A stretch of 64,000 nt of DNA. Source: Planctomycetota bacterium (GTDB taxonomy: Bacteria > Planctomycetota > B15-G4 > SIAN01). The notes under the pieces are model-generated. The model was not told where the DNA came from. It was given only the letters and a program-made list of their open reading frames with translations, and ran no database searches. The position numbers and the translations under genes were made by a program. The stretch lies in NCBI GenBank assembly GCA_031409275.1, contig JANNXA010000014.1:224001-288000 (forward strand), read 5' to 3'. Positions 47,412 to 59,670 of this stretch are shown here, one piece after another; the stretch's first letter is position 1; every line of letters starts with the position of its first letter.

Positions 47412-48143
47412 TTGCGCCCCGACGGCCGCCAAGCAAACGAACTTCGCAAACTCAACTTCCAGCGCCGCTTCACCGATGCGCCGCTCGGATCGGTGCTCTC
47501 CAGCGCCGGACGGACGATGGTGCTCTGCACGGTCACGGTCGACGACACCGTTCCAGCGTTCCTGATGAACACCAACCAGGGCTGGCTCACCGCCGAGTAC
47601 GCGATGCTTCCGGGCTCGACCGGCGGCCGCAAACCGCGCGAGCGCGGCGGACGTCCTGACGCGCGCGCGCTGGAGATCGGTCGCCTGATCGGCCGCAGCC
47701 TCCGCGCCGCCGTCGACTCGACCCGCTTCCCCGGGCGCACGATCTGCGTCGATTGCGACGTCGTGCAAGCGGACGGCGGCACGCGCACGACCGCGATCAA
47801 CGGAGCGATGGTGGCGTTGACCGACGCGTTCCGAGTCATGGAGCAGCGTGGCTGGGTGCGCGGCAAGGCGCTCGCCATGCCGGTCGCGGCGATGTCGGTC
47901 GGCATCGTCCGCGGAGAGGTCCTCGTCGACCTCTGTTACGAGGAGGATTCCCGCGCCGAGGTCGACCTGAACGTCGTCCTCACCGCGGACGGTCGCTTCG
48001 TCGAAGTGCAGGGCGGGGCGGAGCGCGGCGCGTTCACCCCCGCGCAGCTCGAGACGATGCTGGCGTCCGCACGCGGCGCGCTCGAAGAGGTCTTCTCGCT
48101 GCAGCAGAAGGCGCTGGCGGGACCTCTGCCGGCGGACGAGTGA
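47412..48143 (+). CDS. rph: Ribonuclease PH
   Basis: MRPDGR, GWLTAEYAMLP, EIGRLIGRSLRA, DCDVVQADGGTRT, DLCYEEDSRAEVDLNVV; TTG start after AGGAG. Confidence 0.96.
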   Translation: MRPDGRQANELRKLNFQRRFTDAPLGSVLSSAGRTMVLCTVTVDDTVPAFLMNTNQGWLTAEYAMLPGSTGGRKPRERGGRPDARALEIGRLIGRSLRAAVDSTRFPGRTICVDCDVVQADGGTRTTAINGAMVALTDAFRVMEQRGWVRGKALAMPVAAMSVGIVRGEVLVDLCYEEDSRAEVDLNVVLTADGRFVEVQGGAERGAFTPAQLETMLASARGALEEVFSLQQKALAGPLPADE

Positions 48144-48777
48144 TGGCCCGACCGCCCGACACTGGCGACGTCGGCGCGCTCGCGATCCTGCTCGCAACGC
48201 GCAACGCCAAGAAGCTGCGCGAGCTCGATCGCATCGCGCAGGCGGCGGCGCTGCGGATCCACTTCCTCTCGCTCGACCTCTATCCCGAGGTCGCGACCGC
48301 GCCCGAGGAGGAGGCGACGTTCGCCGGCAACGCCCGCGCGAAGGCGCAGTGGTATGCGCGCGCCACCGGGCAGATCTGCCTCGCCGACGACTCCGGGCTC
48401 GAAGTCGACGCGCTCGCCGGCGCGCCCGGCGTCCGCTCGGCCCGCTACGCCGGCCCCGCCGCCACCGACGCCGACAATCGCCGCGCGCTCCTGACCGCGC
48501 TGTGCGACGTGCCTCCGCCGCTGCGAACGGCGCGCTTTCGCTGCGCGCTGGCGCTCGCCGACGACGAGCAGCTCCTGTTCGAGGCCGACGGCACCACCGA
48601 AGGCGTCCTCCTCGACGCCGAGCGCGGCACCGCCGGCTTCGGCTACGATCCGCTCTTCCTTTCGACCGACCTCGGACGGACGTTCGCCGAGGTCGACTCC
48701 CAAGAGAAGGACCGCGTGAGCCATCGCGGACGCGCGCTGGCGCGGCTTCTCGACTTCCTTCGCGACGCACCGATCCT

Positions 48778-48781
<4 letters not shown>
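48143..48781 (+). CDS. rdgB: dITP/XTP pyrophosphatase (HAM1 family)
   Basis: ATRNAKK, ADDSGLEVDAL, PGVRSARYAG, GFGYDPLF, SHRGRAL; TGATG coupling to rph. Confidence 0.95.
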
Positions 48782-50573
<1,792 letters not shown>

Positions 50574-50574
<1 letters not shown>

Positions 50575-52055
50575 TGTCCGCATCGACGTCGCCTGCGCCG
50601 GCCCGCCCGGGCCTCGTGCGGGTCGTCATGGAGAACATCGAAGCGCTCGCCATCGCGGTGGTGATGGCGCTGATCCTCAAGCACTTCCTGATCGAGGCCT
50701 ACAAGATCCCGACCGGCTCGATGCAGCCCGGGATCATGGGCGACCAGAACGTCGGCATCTACGACCGCGTGCTGGTGAACAAGCTGGTCTACCTGCTGCG
50801 CGAACCGTCGCGCTACGAAGTGGTCGTCTTCAAGAACCCGCTCTGGCAGCGGCAGAACTACATCAAGCGGCTGGTCGGCTTCGGCGGCGAGCGCGTCGCC
50901 ATCCGCAACGGCGACCTCTTCGTGACGCCGCCCGGCGAGCGCGACGAGGCGATCGCGCGCAAGCCGGACGCCGTCTGGCGTGCCGTGCGCAAGGCGCTGA
51001 TCACGGAGCAGGGCGGCGCCATCGACCTCGGGCGCAGCTTCGAGGTCGACCGCGGCGAGGCGCGCATCGCCGGCGAGCAGATCGTCGTTCCGGCCGGCGG
51101 CGACGTGGCGATCCGCACGCGCGAGCCGATCAAGGATCGCTACCTCGACGGCTACGCGCCGGAATGGGTCGAGGCCTACACGTCGCAGAACTCGGGCAGC
51201 TACTTCACGCGCCTGCAGGGCTGCGACGTCAGCGACGTCGAGCTCGCTGCCGACGTGACCCCCGGCGCCGACGCGACCCGCATCGTCTTCGAGATCCGCG
51301 AGTCGGGGCGCATGCATCGCGCCGAGCTCGCCATCGGCAGCGGGCGTGGGACGTTGCTCACGCAGGTGCAGGACGGTCTCGACGCCGTGGAATGGGAAGA
51401 ACAGGCGCAGGAGACCACGTTCCCGGCGCTGCCCGGCGGCGTCACCACGCGCGTCTCGCTGCGCAACGTCGACGACGAGCTCATCCTCGAGCTCGACGAC
51501 GAGGTCGTGGTGCGTCGCCGCTATCGCACCAAGGGCGTCGACGCCGAGCACGACCCGAAGACGCGCGCGCTGCTCGCGACGCGCGCGTTCGTCGAGGCGA
51601 AGGGCGCGTTCACGCTGAGCGACGTCGAGCTTTGGCGCGACATCCACTACCTCGCCGACGGTCGCGAGGACGGCGCGCGCGCCGCGGTCTTCAGCGTGCC
51701 CGACGGCGAGTTCATGGTGCTCGGCGACAACACGCAGAACTCATGGGACTGCCGCCAGTGGGAGAAGGCGACCTACACGCTCGCCGACGGCAGCAAGATC
51801 GCGGGCAACTTCTTCTCCGCGGGCCGCAAGGGCCAGAACCCGGAGAGCAACCCCGCCTATGACGGCTCCACCATCGAGTTCCGCAACCTCTATGGCGAGC
51901 TGTTTCGCTTTCCCGAGACCGACACCGCCGAGAACGATCCGGTCGTGGTGAACGTCCACTCGGCGCCGCGCGGCTTCCTGCTCGGCAAGGCGCTCGCCGT
52001 CTTCTGGCCGCTGCCGCCGGCATCGCCGACCTGGCGCCTCAAGTGGGTTCGCTGA
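50574..52055 (+). CDS. lepB: Signal peptidase I with large insertion domain
   Basis: IPTGSMQP (Ser), NYIKRLVG (Lys), LGDNTQNSWDCR; TGATG coupling to lepA. Confidence 0.9.
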
Positions 52056-52065
52056 GGCGGCTCCG

Positions 52066-52794
<729 letters not shown>

Positions 52795-52911
52795 GCCAGG
52801 GGAAACCCCGTTCGCCGGTCGTTTGTTCGCATCGCGTGCGCTTCGAGCCGCCCCCCCTCGACGGTCGATACACCTTCCGGTTGGTGGAAGGGCGAAGAGG
52901 AAGACCCGTCG

Positions 52912-54021
52912 ATGAGCAGCGCGCATTCGCAGACGCCGACGCGTTCCGCGTCGATCGCGACCGTCGTTCCACCCACGTGCCACGGCACGATCCTCGTCAC
53001 CGACGATGAACCGGGCATCCGCCAATCGCTGACCCTCTTCCTCTCTCGACTCGGCTACACCGTGGTCGAAGCCGCGACGGCCGACGCTGCCGTCGAGATG
53101 CTCGACCACCATCGCTTCGACCTCGTCCTCTCCGACATCGCGCTGCCCGGCAGCAACACCGGGCTCGACTTGCTGGCCGCCGTCAAACAGCGCTCGCCCG
53201 AGACCGACGTCATCTTGATGACCGGTCACATGGACCTCGACTTCGCCATCAACGCGCTGAAGCGCGGCGCCGCCGACTACTTCAAGAAGCCCTTCCTGTT
53301 CGACGAGCTGAAGCATGCGGTGCAGCGCTCGATCGAGCGGCGCCAGCTGCTGGAGAAGGCGCGCGAACTGGAACGGCTGCAATCGCGCCACGACGCGCTG
53401 AAGGGCGTGCAGCGCGAGTTCATGGTGTCGCTCGCCGCGATGATCGACGCCAAGAGCCCCTTCACGCGCGCCCACAGCGAGCGCGTCGGCATCTACTCGC
53501 GCGCGTTCGGCGAGAAGCTCGGCATCTCCACCCGCGAGCTCAAGATCGTGACCACCGGCGGACGGCTCCACGACCTCGGCAAGCTCGGCACGCCCGACTC
53601 GATCATCAACAAGCCGGGCAAGCTCGACGCCAGCGAGTGGGAGATCGTCCGGCAGCACCCGATCTGCGGCGCGCAACTGCTGCAGCCGATCGCGATGATG
53701 CGCCCGTACGTGCCGATCGTGCGCTCGCACCATGAGAACTGGGACGGCAGCGGCTACCCCGACAAGCTCGCGGGCGACGAGATCCCGTTGACCGTGCAGA
53801 TCGTCAAGATCGCCGACTACTACGACGCCATCACCTCCGATCGCCCCTACCGCAAACCAATGACGCTGCGCGAAGCGTGCACGACGCTCGAAGCGGAGTG
53901 CGGCCGCGCCTTCCCGGAGCCGCTGGTGCGCTCGTTCGTCGAGTTGCTGCAGGTGGCCCCGTGGCAAGCGCGCGACGCGGTCGGCGATGCGGTCGAACCG
54001 GTCGAGCCGGTCGGCGCCTGA
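52912..54021 (+). CDS. Response regulator with HD-GYP cyclic-dinucleotide phosphodiesterase domain
   Basis: REC (TDDE, SDIALP, MTG, KKPF) plus HSERV, HDLGK, HHENWDGSGYP, DAITSDRPYRK. Confidence 0.92.
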   Translation: MSSAHSQTPTRSASIATVVPPTCHGTILVTDDEPGIRQSLTLFLSRLGYTVVEAATADAAVEMLDHHRFDLVLSDIALPGSNTGLDLLAAVKQRSPETDVILMTGHMDLDFAINALKRGAADYFKKPFLFDELKHAVQRSIERRQLLEKARELERLQSRHDALKGVQREFMVSLAAMIDAKSPFTRAHSERVGIYSRAFGEKLGISTRELKIVTTGGRLHDLGKLGTPDSIINKPGKLDASEWEIVRQHPICGAQLLQPIAMMRPYVPIVRSHHENWDGSGYPDKLAGDEIPLTVQIVKIADYYDAITSDRPYRKPMTLREACTTLEAECGRAFPEPLVRSFVELLQVAPWQARDAVGDAVEPVEPVGA

Positions 54022-54107
54022 GCCCGCCGGCCCGCCGCCCGCGGGCTTGATCGATCGGAGGCGGCCCCCTAGCGTCCCCTGCCCCTTTCCCGGACAGGAT
54101 GCTCGCG

Positions 54108-54857
54108 ATGAAGGTCACCGTCTGCGTCAAGCGCGTGCCGAGCACGACCGCGCGCATCAAGGTCGCGGCCGACGGCAAGTCGATCGACGAGGCTGGCGTC
54201 GAGTACGTGCTGAATCCCTACGACGAGTTCGCGGTCGAGGAGGGGTTGCGCCAGGTCGAGAAGGCGGGCGGTGAAGTCACCGTCATCGCCTACGGGCCGG
54301 AGGCGGTCACCAAGGAACTGCGCAACACGCTGGCAATGGGCGCCCATGCCGCGATCCACGTCACCGCGGACGCCACGCCGCGCGACGCGCTCGCCACCGC
54401 GAAGGTCCTGGCGGCGGCGATCGCCCCGACCGCGCCCGACCTCGTCCTCTTTGGTCGCCAGGCGATCGACGGCGACCAGGGGCAAGTGGGCCTGATGGTC
54501 GCGACGTTGCTGGGCTTCGCGGCGTTGCCCGACGTGGTCAAGCTCGAGATCACCGGCGCCAGCGCGAAGGCGTCGCGCGAAGTCGAAGGCGCGATCGAGA
54601 GCAGCTCGTTGCCGCTGCCGTGCGTGATCACGACGCACAAGGGGCTGAACGAGCCGCGCCTGCCCAACATGAAGGGGATCATGGCGGCGAAGAAGAAGAC
54701 GATCACGCCGCAAAGCGCCACGCCGACCCCTGCGACCAGCAGCGTGCAATCGCTCGAACTGCCGCCCGAACGGGCCGCCGGGAAGATCGTGGGCGAAGGC
54801 GCCGCGGCGGTGCCGGCGCTACTGAAGGCGCTGCGCGACGAAGCGCACGCGCTCTGA
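54108..54857 (+). CDS. etfB: Electron transfer flavoprotein beta subunit
   Basis: VCVKRVP, NPYDEFAVEE, GRQAIDGDQGQVG, LNEPRLPNMKGIMAAKKK. Confidence 0.95.
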   Translation: MKVTVCVKRVPSTTARIKVAADGKSIDEAGVEYVLNPYDEFAVEEGLRQVEKAGGEVTVIAYGPEAVTKELRNTLAMGAHAAIHVTADATPRDALATAKVLAAAIAPTAPDLVLFGRQAIDGDQGQVGLMVATLLGFAALPDVVKLEITGASAKASREVEGAIESSSLPLPCVITTHKGLNEPRLPNMKGIMAAKKKTITPQSATPTPATSSVQSLELPPERAAGKIVGEGAAAVPALLKALRDEAHAL

Positions 54858-54900
54858 GCGGCCGCGCCTTTCCCTACTGACTCGCCACGAGGAACGCCCC

Positions 54901-55884
54901 ATGTCATGCATCATCGCGATCGCTGAACAGACCGACGGCAAGCTGAAGAAGGTCGCCGGCGAGGTCGCCTCGGAGGCGCTGCGCCTCGGCAAGAGCGCGG
55001 GGCTGCCCGTCGTCGGCCTCACGATCGGCGCGGGCGCGGCGACCGCCGCCGCGCAACTCGGGGCCTTCGGCATCGCCGCTGCCGTCGCCCTCGACGGCCC
55101 CACGCTCGCCCCCTACTCGGGTGAGGCGTTCGCTGCTGCGATCGCCGCCGCCGTGAAGACGCGCGGCGCGAAGCTGGTCCTGCTGGGCGCGACGAGCTTC
55201 GCGCGCGACCTGCTCGGGCGACTCGGGGCGCTGCTCGATTCGAGCCCCGCCGCCGATTGCGTCGCGATCACCGCGAATGGCGCCAGCTTCACAGCGCGCC
55301 GCCCCGTCTTCGCCGGCAAGGCACTGCAGACGGTTGCGTTCGCGGCGAGCCCGGCGATCGCGAGTCTTCGCCCGAACGTCTTCGCCGTGACCGCGGTCAC
55401 TGGCACGACGACGAAGGTCGAGACGCTCGCCCCCGCCGCACCGCCTGCCCACTGCGGTCGCCTCGTCGAACGCGTCGCCACGGGCGGTGGCCGCGTCGAG
55501 CTCTCCGAGGCGGAGTGCATCGTCGCTGGCGGCCGCGGCCTGAAGACCCCGGAGACCTTCGCCAAGCTGATCGAGCCGCTCGCCGCCGCGCTTGGTGCCG
55601 CCGTCGGCGCCTCGCGCGCCGTGGTCGATGCCGGTTGGCGCCCCCACGGCGAACAGGTCGGCCAGACCGGCAAGACGGTCGCTCCGAAGCTCTACTTCGC
55701 GTGCGGAATCTCCGGCGCGATCCAACACCTCGCCGGCATGCGCACCTCGAAGACGATCGTCGCCATCAACAAGGACAAGGAAGCGCCGATCTTCAAGGTC
55801 GCCGACTACGGCATCGTCGGCGACGTCGAAGAGGTGCTGCCGGCGCTGACCGAAGCGGTGAAGAAGCTGAAGTCGGGCGGCTGA
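54901..55884 (+). CDS. etfA: Electron transfer flavoprotein alpha subunit
   Basis: [45 protein letters not shown]. Confidence 0.96.
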   Translation: MSCIIAIAEQTDGKLKKVAGEVASEALRLGKSAGLPVVGLTIGAGAATAAAQLGAFGIAAAVALDGPTLAPYSGEAFAAAIAAAVKTRGAKLVLLGATSFARDLLGRLGALLDSSPAADCVAITANGASFTARRPVFAGKALQTVAFAASPAIASLRPNVFAVTAVTGTTTKVETLAPAAPPAHCGRLVERVATGGGRVELSEAECIVAGGRGLKTPETFAKLIEPLAAALGAAVGASRAVVDAGWRPHGEQVGQTGKTVAPKLYFACGISGAIQHLAGMRTSKTIVAINKDKEAPIFKVADYGIVGDVEEVLPALTEAVKKLKSGG

Positions 55885-55914
55885 GCGCGGGGCGGCCGAG
55901 CGCCTCCCCTCCAT

Positions 55915-56250
55915 TCACCCCCGCGGCCGCCATGCGCACTCGCGCAGCACCACTCGATGGCGGGCGCTGAAGGGCACTCCTTCGTGGCGCAGCAGCTCGC
56001 GCTGGATCCGGGCGCCGAGGCCTTCGTCCCGATCGGGGATGGAGCCATCGCCGGAGACGACACGGTGCCACGGGATCGCCCGCTCGTCGGGTAGCGCGCG
56101 TAGCGCTGCACCGACGTGGCGAGCGTGGCGCGGCAGGCCGGCGAGCGCCGCGATCTGCCCGTAGCTCGCGACGCGCCCGCGCGGGATGCGGGCGATGACG
56201 GCGTAGAAGCGCTCGGCGCGAGCGAGCGCGTCGGCGATCGGACGACTCAT
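55915..56250 (-). CDS. Alkyltransferase-like protein (ATL/YbaZ, MGMT family, non-catalytic)
   Basis: IPRGRVASYGQIA, ARHVG, PWHRV (Trp replaces the Cys of PCHRV), QRELLRHEGV. Confidence 0.9.
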   Translation of the reverse strand: MSRPIADALARAERFYAVIARIPRGRVASYGQIAALAGLPRHARHVGAALRALPDERAIPWHRVVSGDGSIPDRDEGLGARIQRELLRHEGVPFSARHRVVLRECAWRPRG

Positions 56251-57794
56251 CCGCCGCTCAACTCCACGGCATCGAGCACCGCGACCTGGCAGGCGCGCAG
56301 GTCGGGCAACACGTAGGCGAAGTCGTCCGCCTGCAGGCGAACGCTGACGAAGGTCTGCGTCGCGAGTTCCGTCGGCAGCGAGAAGGTGCCCGAGAACGGT
56401 GCCGTCCCCTTCGGTTGCATCGTGCCGACCTTGGTGGCGTCGACGTAGACGTCGATCGTCACTCCATCGATCTCGGCACGGCCGAGCCCTCGACCGCTCA
56501 CCTTCAAGGTCGTGCGCCCTTCGCAGCGCAGGATCATCGACGCATAGGCCGAAAGGTAGCCGCCCTTCTGGACGCCGCCGTGGACCTGCGCGGCCGCGTC
56601 ATCATCGATCCGCCGGAAGTCGAGCGCGGGCGCGATCGTGCGCCGCTCGAGCAGCCCCTTCAGCGTCGCCGGCCGCGTCACCTCGCGCTCCGCTTCGGGG
56701 AGGAGCCGCTCGACGACCGCCTTCGCGGATGCACGCTCGGCGAGCGTCCGCTTCGGCAGCAGCCCGCGCGTGCGGATCACCTCATGGAGGAAGAGCGCGA
56801 CCTGCTCGTGGCCGGCGCGGTTCCAATGGGCGTCGCTCTTGCTGTTGCGGTAGCGCTCGTCCTTGTTGAACGACGAAGGGAACGGCACCGACTGCTCGGG
56901 ACGCAACTCCTTGCCGAGGTGCTGCTGCGCGGTCGCCAGCAAGCCGGAGTAGCTGTTGAAGAGCAGGTACTTCCCGCCCGTCGCCTCGACCGCACGCGCG
57001 AGACGGCCGACCTCGTGGCCCGCCTCCTCGAAGCGATGGCGGCTCTCCCAATCGAGGCCGAAGAGGAGCCAGCTGTTCTCTTTGGTCCCAAACGCGAAAC
57101 GGGGCCCCTCGACGTAGAGGAAGGCGTCGGCGCGTTCGGGGAAGCGCGACGACCACATGCCGAGCGCCCCCATGCCGCGCGCCGCCGGGTTGTCGTCGAG
57201 GTCGTTGCGGATCGCGATCTGCACCACGAGGTCGGGCTGCAGCAGCGCGAGCTGGCGGCGCAGGTAGGCGCACTCCGAGTAGACGTTCCACGTGTTCACG
57301 CCGAGGTGGAGGCACTCGATCGGCCCTCCGCCCGGCGCGTCGTCGCGCAGCATCTGCTCGAGGAAGACGCCGACGCGATCCTCGGCCTTCACCCCGTAGC
57401 CCATGACGAAGGAGTCGCCGAGGAAGACGACGCGCGTCGTGCCGGCGGGCTTGGGCAGCGCGAAGCTCTTCTCGCGGAGCCCGAGTTCGTTGCTGTCGAT
57501 GGTGATCGCTTCGAGGGCGCGCGCCTTCAGGTTCGGCTGCAGCAGACGTGCGACCGCGGGATCGGGATGCGCGTCCCACACGCCCTGTCCGCGCGCCACG
57601 AGTTCGGCCAGCGCTTCACGGCGCAGCTGCGGATCGAAGAGCGCCGTGTTCTCGCCGCCGTTCGCGTCACCGCCGCCCGAAGAGCCGCCGGGGCGTAGCA
57701 GCAACCACCCCGCGCAGAGGAGTGCGCCGATCGCGAGGCCGGCGAAGACGAACGCGACCCGCCACGCACGGCGGAGCTGCTGCATCGCTTCCAT
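56247..57794 (-). CDS. Membrane-anchored SGNH/GDSL hydrolase family protein
   Basis: N-terminal TM; NELGLRE, VVFLGDSFVMG, LGVNTWN, ND, DAHWNRAGH. Confidence 0.8.
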   Translation of the reverse strand: MEAMQQLRRAWRVAFVFAGLAIGALLCAGWLLLRPGGSSGGGDANGGENTALFDPQLRREALAELVARGQGVWDAHPDPAVARLLQPNLKARALEAITIDSNELGLREKSFALPKPAGTTRVVFLGDSFVMGYGVKAEDRVGVFLEQMLRDDAPGGGPIECLHLGVNTWNVYSECAYLRRQLALLQPDLVVQIAIRNDLDDNPAARGMGALGMWSSRFPERADAFLYVEGPRFAFGTKENSWLLFGLDWESRHRFEEAGHEVGRLARAVEATGGKYLLFNSYSGLLATAQQHLGKELRPEQSVPFPSSFNKDERYRNSKSDAHWNRAGHEQVALFLHEVIRTRGLLPKRTLAERASAKAVVERLLPEAEREVTRPATLKGLLERRTIAPALDFRRIDDDAAAQVHGGVQKGGYLSAYASMILRCEGRTTLKVSGRGLGRAEIDGVTIDVYVDATKVGTMQPKGTAPFSGTFSLPTELATQTFVSVRLQADDFAYVLPDLRACQVAVLDAVELSGG

Positions 57795-57938
57795 CGGTCG
57801 ATTCTCCGTCGTGCGAGAGCGAGGCGGCCCAGGACGCCGAGACCGCAGCAGGCGACTTTGAAGAGTCGCCGATCAAGGTCGACGAAGTCATGGGTGGCCG
57901 CGGCCAGTCGAACGCCGCGGGCATTCTCTTACGCGCTC

Positions 57939-59627
57939 CTAATGCCGGAAGTGGCGCATGCCGGTGAAGGCCATCGCAACGCCGTGCTCGTCGCAGGCGG
58001 CGATCACTTCCTCGTCACGACGGCTGCCGCCTGGCTGGATCACCGAGGTGACGCCCGCCGCCGCGGCGGCATCGAGGCCGTCGCGGAACGGGAAGAAGGC
58101 GTCTGAGGCGAGCGCCGCGCCCTTGGCGCGCGCCCCGGCCTTCTTCACCGCGATCTCGACCGAGTCGACGCGGCTCATCTGGCCCGCGCCGGCGCCGACG
58201 AGCTGACCGTCCTTCACCAGCACGATCGCGTTGCTGCGCACGTGCTTGACGATGCGCCATGCGACCTGCAAGTCGGCCGTCTCCGCATCGGTGGCGACGC
58301 GCCGACTCTTCCAGGCAAGTTCGAACGGGCGGGCGAGGTCGCGCTCCTGGACCAGCGCGCCGCCGACGATCGAGCGCACGGCGAAGCGCGGCGTCTTGCC
58401 GGCGCGGGGCGCGGTGTCGCCGCACGCCAGCACGCGCAGGTTCTTGCCCCACACGGCGCCGGAGCGCAACGCGGCGAGCGCCTCCGGAGAGACCTCCGGC
58501 GCCACCACCACTTCGAGGAAATGGTCCGGGACGGCGATCTTGCGCGCCAGTTCGACGCCAAGCGGCCGGTTGAGCGCGAGGATCCCGCCGAAGGCGGAGA
58601 GCGGGTCGCCGGCGTAGCACTTCTCGAATGCGGTGAGCGGCGTCGCGCCCGTCGCGCAGCCGCACGGGTTGTTGTGCTTGACGATGACGGCCGCGGGCTG
58701 CGCGAACTCCTTCACCAGCTCGAGCGCGGAGTCGGCGTCGAGGAAGTTGTTGTACGACAGCTCCTTGTGCTCGGTCAGGATGCGCGCGTGCAGGACGCTC
58801 GCTTCGCCGGGATCGCGGCCGCGCAACACGAACCCGCGCTGATGCGGGTTCTCGCCGTAGCGCAACCGACGTGCATCGGCGCCCACGACGACGGTGGCGT
58901 CGGCCGACGCCGCCAGCAACGGTTCGAGCGTCAACGGCAGATCGCCTTGCAGCAGGACCCCGGCATCGATCGGCAACGCCTCCTTGGGCGCCGACTGCGG
59001 CGCGACGAAGGTGTCGAAGAAGGCGCTGATGTCGCGGTCGTACTGCGCGATGATCCGGAACGCCTTGGCGGTCAGCTCGGCGCGCAGCGCCATCGGCGGG
59101 CGCTCGCCATTCGCGGCGGCGGCGACGACACGCGGGTAATCGGCCGGATCGACCACCGTCGTGACGCGCGCACAGTTCTTGCACGCGGCGCGAATCACGG
59201 TCGGACCGCCGATGTCGATCTCCTCGATCACGTGCGCGAGCGCCGCGTCGTCGAGCGGGGCGAGCCCGCCGCCGGACACCTGATAGCGCGCCGCCGCATC
59301 GGCGAAGCGGTAGAGGTTGACGGCCACGACGTCGATCGGCGGGATGGCGTGGGCGGCGAGGTCCGCCTGGTCGCTTGCGAGTTCGGTGCGTGCAAGCACG
59401 CCGGCGAGGAGCTTCGCCTGCAGCGTCTTCACCCGACCGCCGAGCATCTCGGGGAAGCCGGTGAAGTCGCCGACTTCCGTGACCGCGAGACCTGCCGCTC
59501 GCAGCGCCTTCGCCGTTCCACCGGTCGACAGCAGCTCGAAACCGGCGGCGACGAGGCCGCGGCCGAACTCCTCGATCCCCGTCTTGTCCGTCACGCTGAG
59601 CAGCGCGAGTCGCCGAGCCGTCACCAC
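57939..59627 (-). CDS. purH: Bifunctional AICAR transformylase/IMP cyclohydrolase
   Basis: ALLSVTDKTG, STGGTA, IDIGGPT, LRYGENPHQ, SYNN, KHNNPCG, SAFGG, GAGQMSRVDS, ASDAFFPF, TGMRHFRH. Confidence 0.96.
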   Translation of the reverse strand: MVTARRLALLSVTDKTGIEEFGRGLVAAGFELLSTGGTAKALRAAGLAVTEVGDFTGFPEMLGGRVKTLQAKLLAGVLARTELASDQADLAAHAIPPIDVVAVNLYRFADAAARYQVSGGGLAPLDDAALAHVIEEIDIGGPTVIRAACKNCARVTTVVDPADYPRVVAAAANGERPPMALRAELTAKAFRIIAQYDRDISAFFDTFVAPQSAPKEALPIDAGVLLQGDLPLTLEPLLAASADATVVVGADARRLRYGENPHQRGFVLRGRDPGEASVLHARILTEHKELSYNNFLDADSALELVKEFAQPAAVIVKHNNPCGCATGATPLTAFEKCYAGDPLSAFGGILALNRPLGVELARKIAVPDHFLEVVVAPEVSPEALAALRSGAVWGKNLRVLACGDTAPRAGKTPRFAVRSIVGGALVQERDLARPFELAWKSRRVATDAETADLQVAWRIVKHVRSNAIVLVKDGQLVGAGAGQMSRVDSVEIAVKKAGARAKGAALASDAFFPFRDGLDAAAAAGVTSVIQPGGSRRDEEVIAACDEHGVAMAFTGMRHFRH

Positions 59628-59670
59628 GATCGCTCCCCCTGTCGTGGGCCGCGCGCCGCGCGACCGCCGC

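Noticed and set aside
52843..52871. Possible sigma-28 promoter (TCGA...GTCGATAC) before the HD-GYP gene; similar TCCGATAG at 44610
   Set aside because: Spacing is 17 nt and/or the -35 match is poor versus TAAA-N15/16-GCCGATAA; too weak in GC-rich DNA.
55915..56250. Active O6-methylguanine methyltransferase (ogt)
   Set aside because: PWHRV lacks the acceptor Cys; this is the known ATL subfamily.
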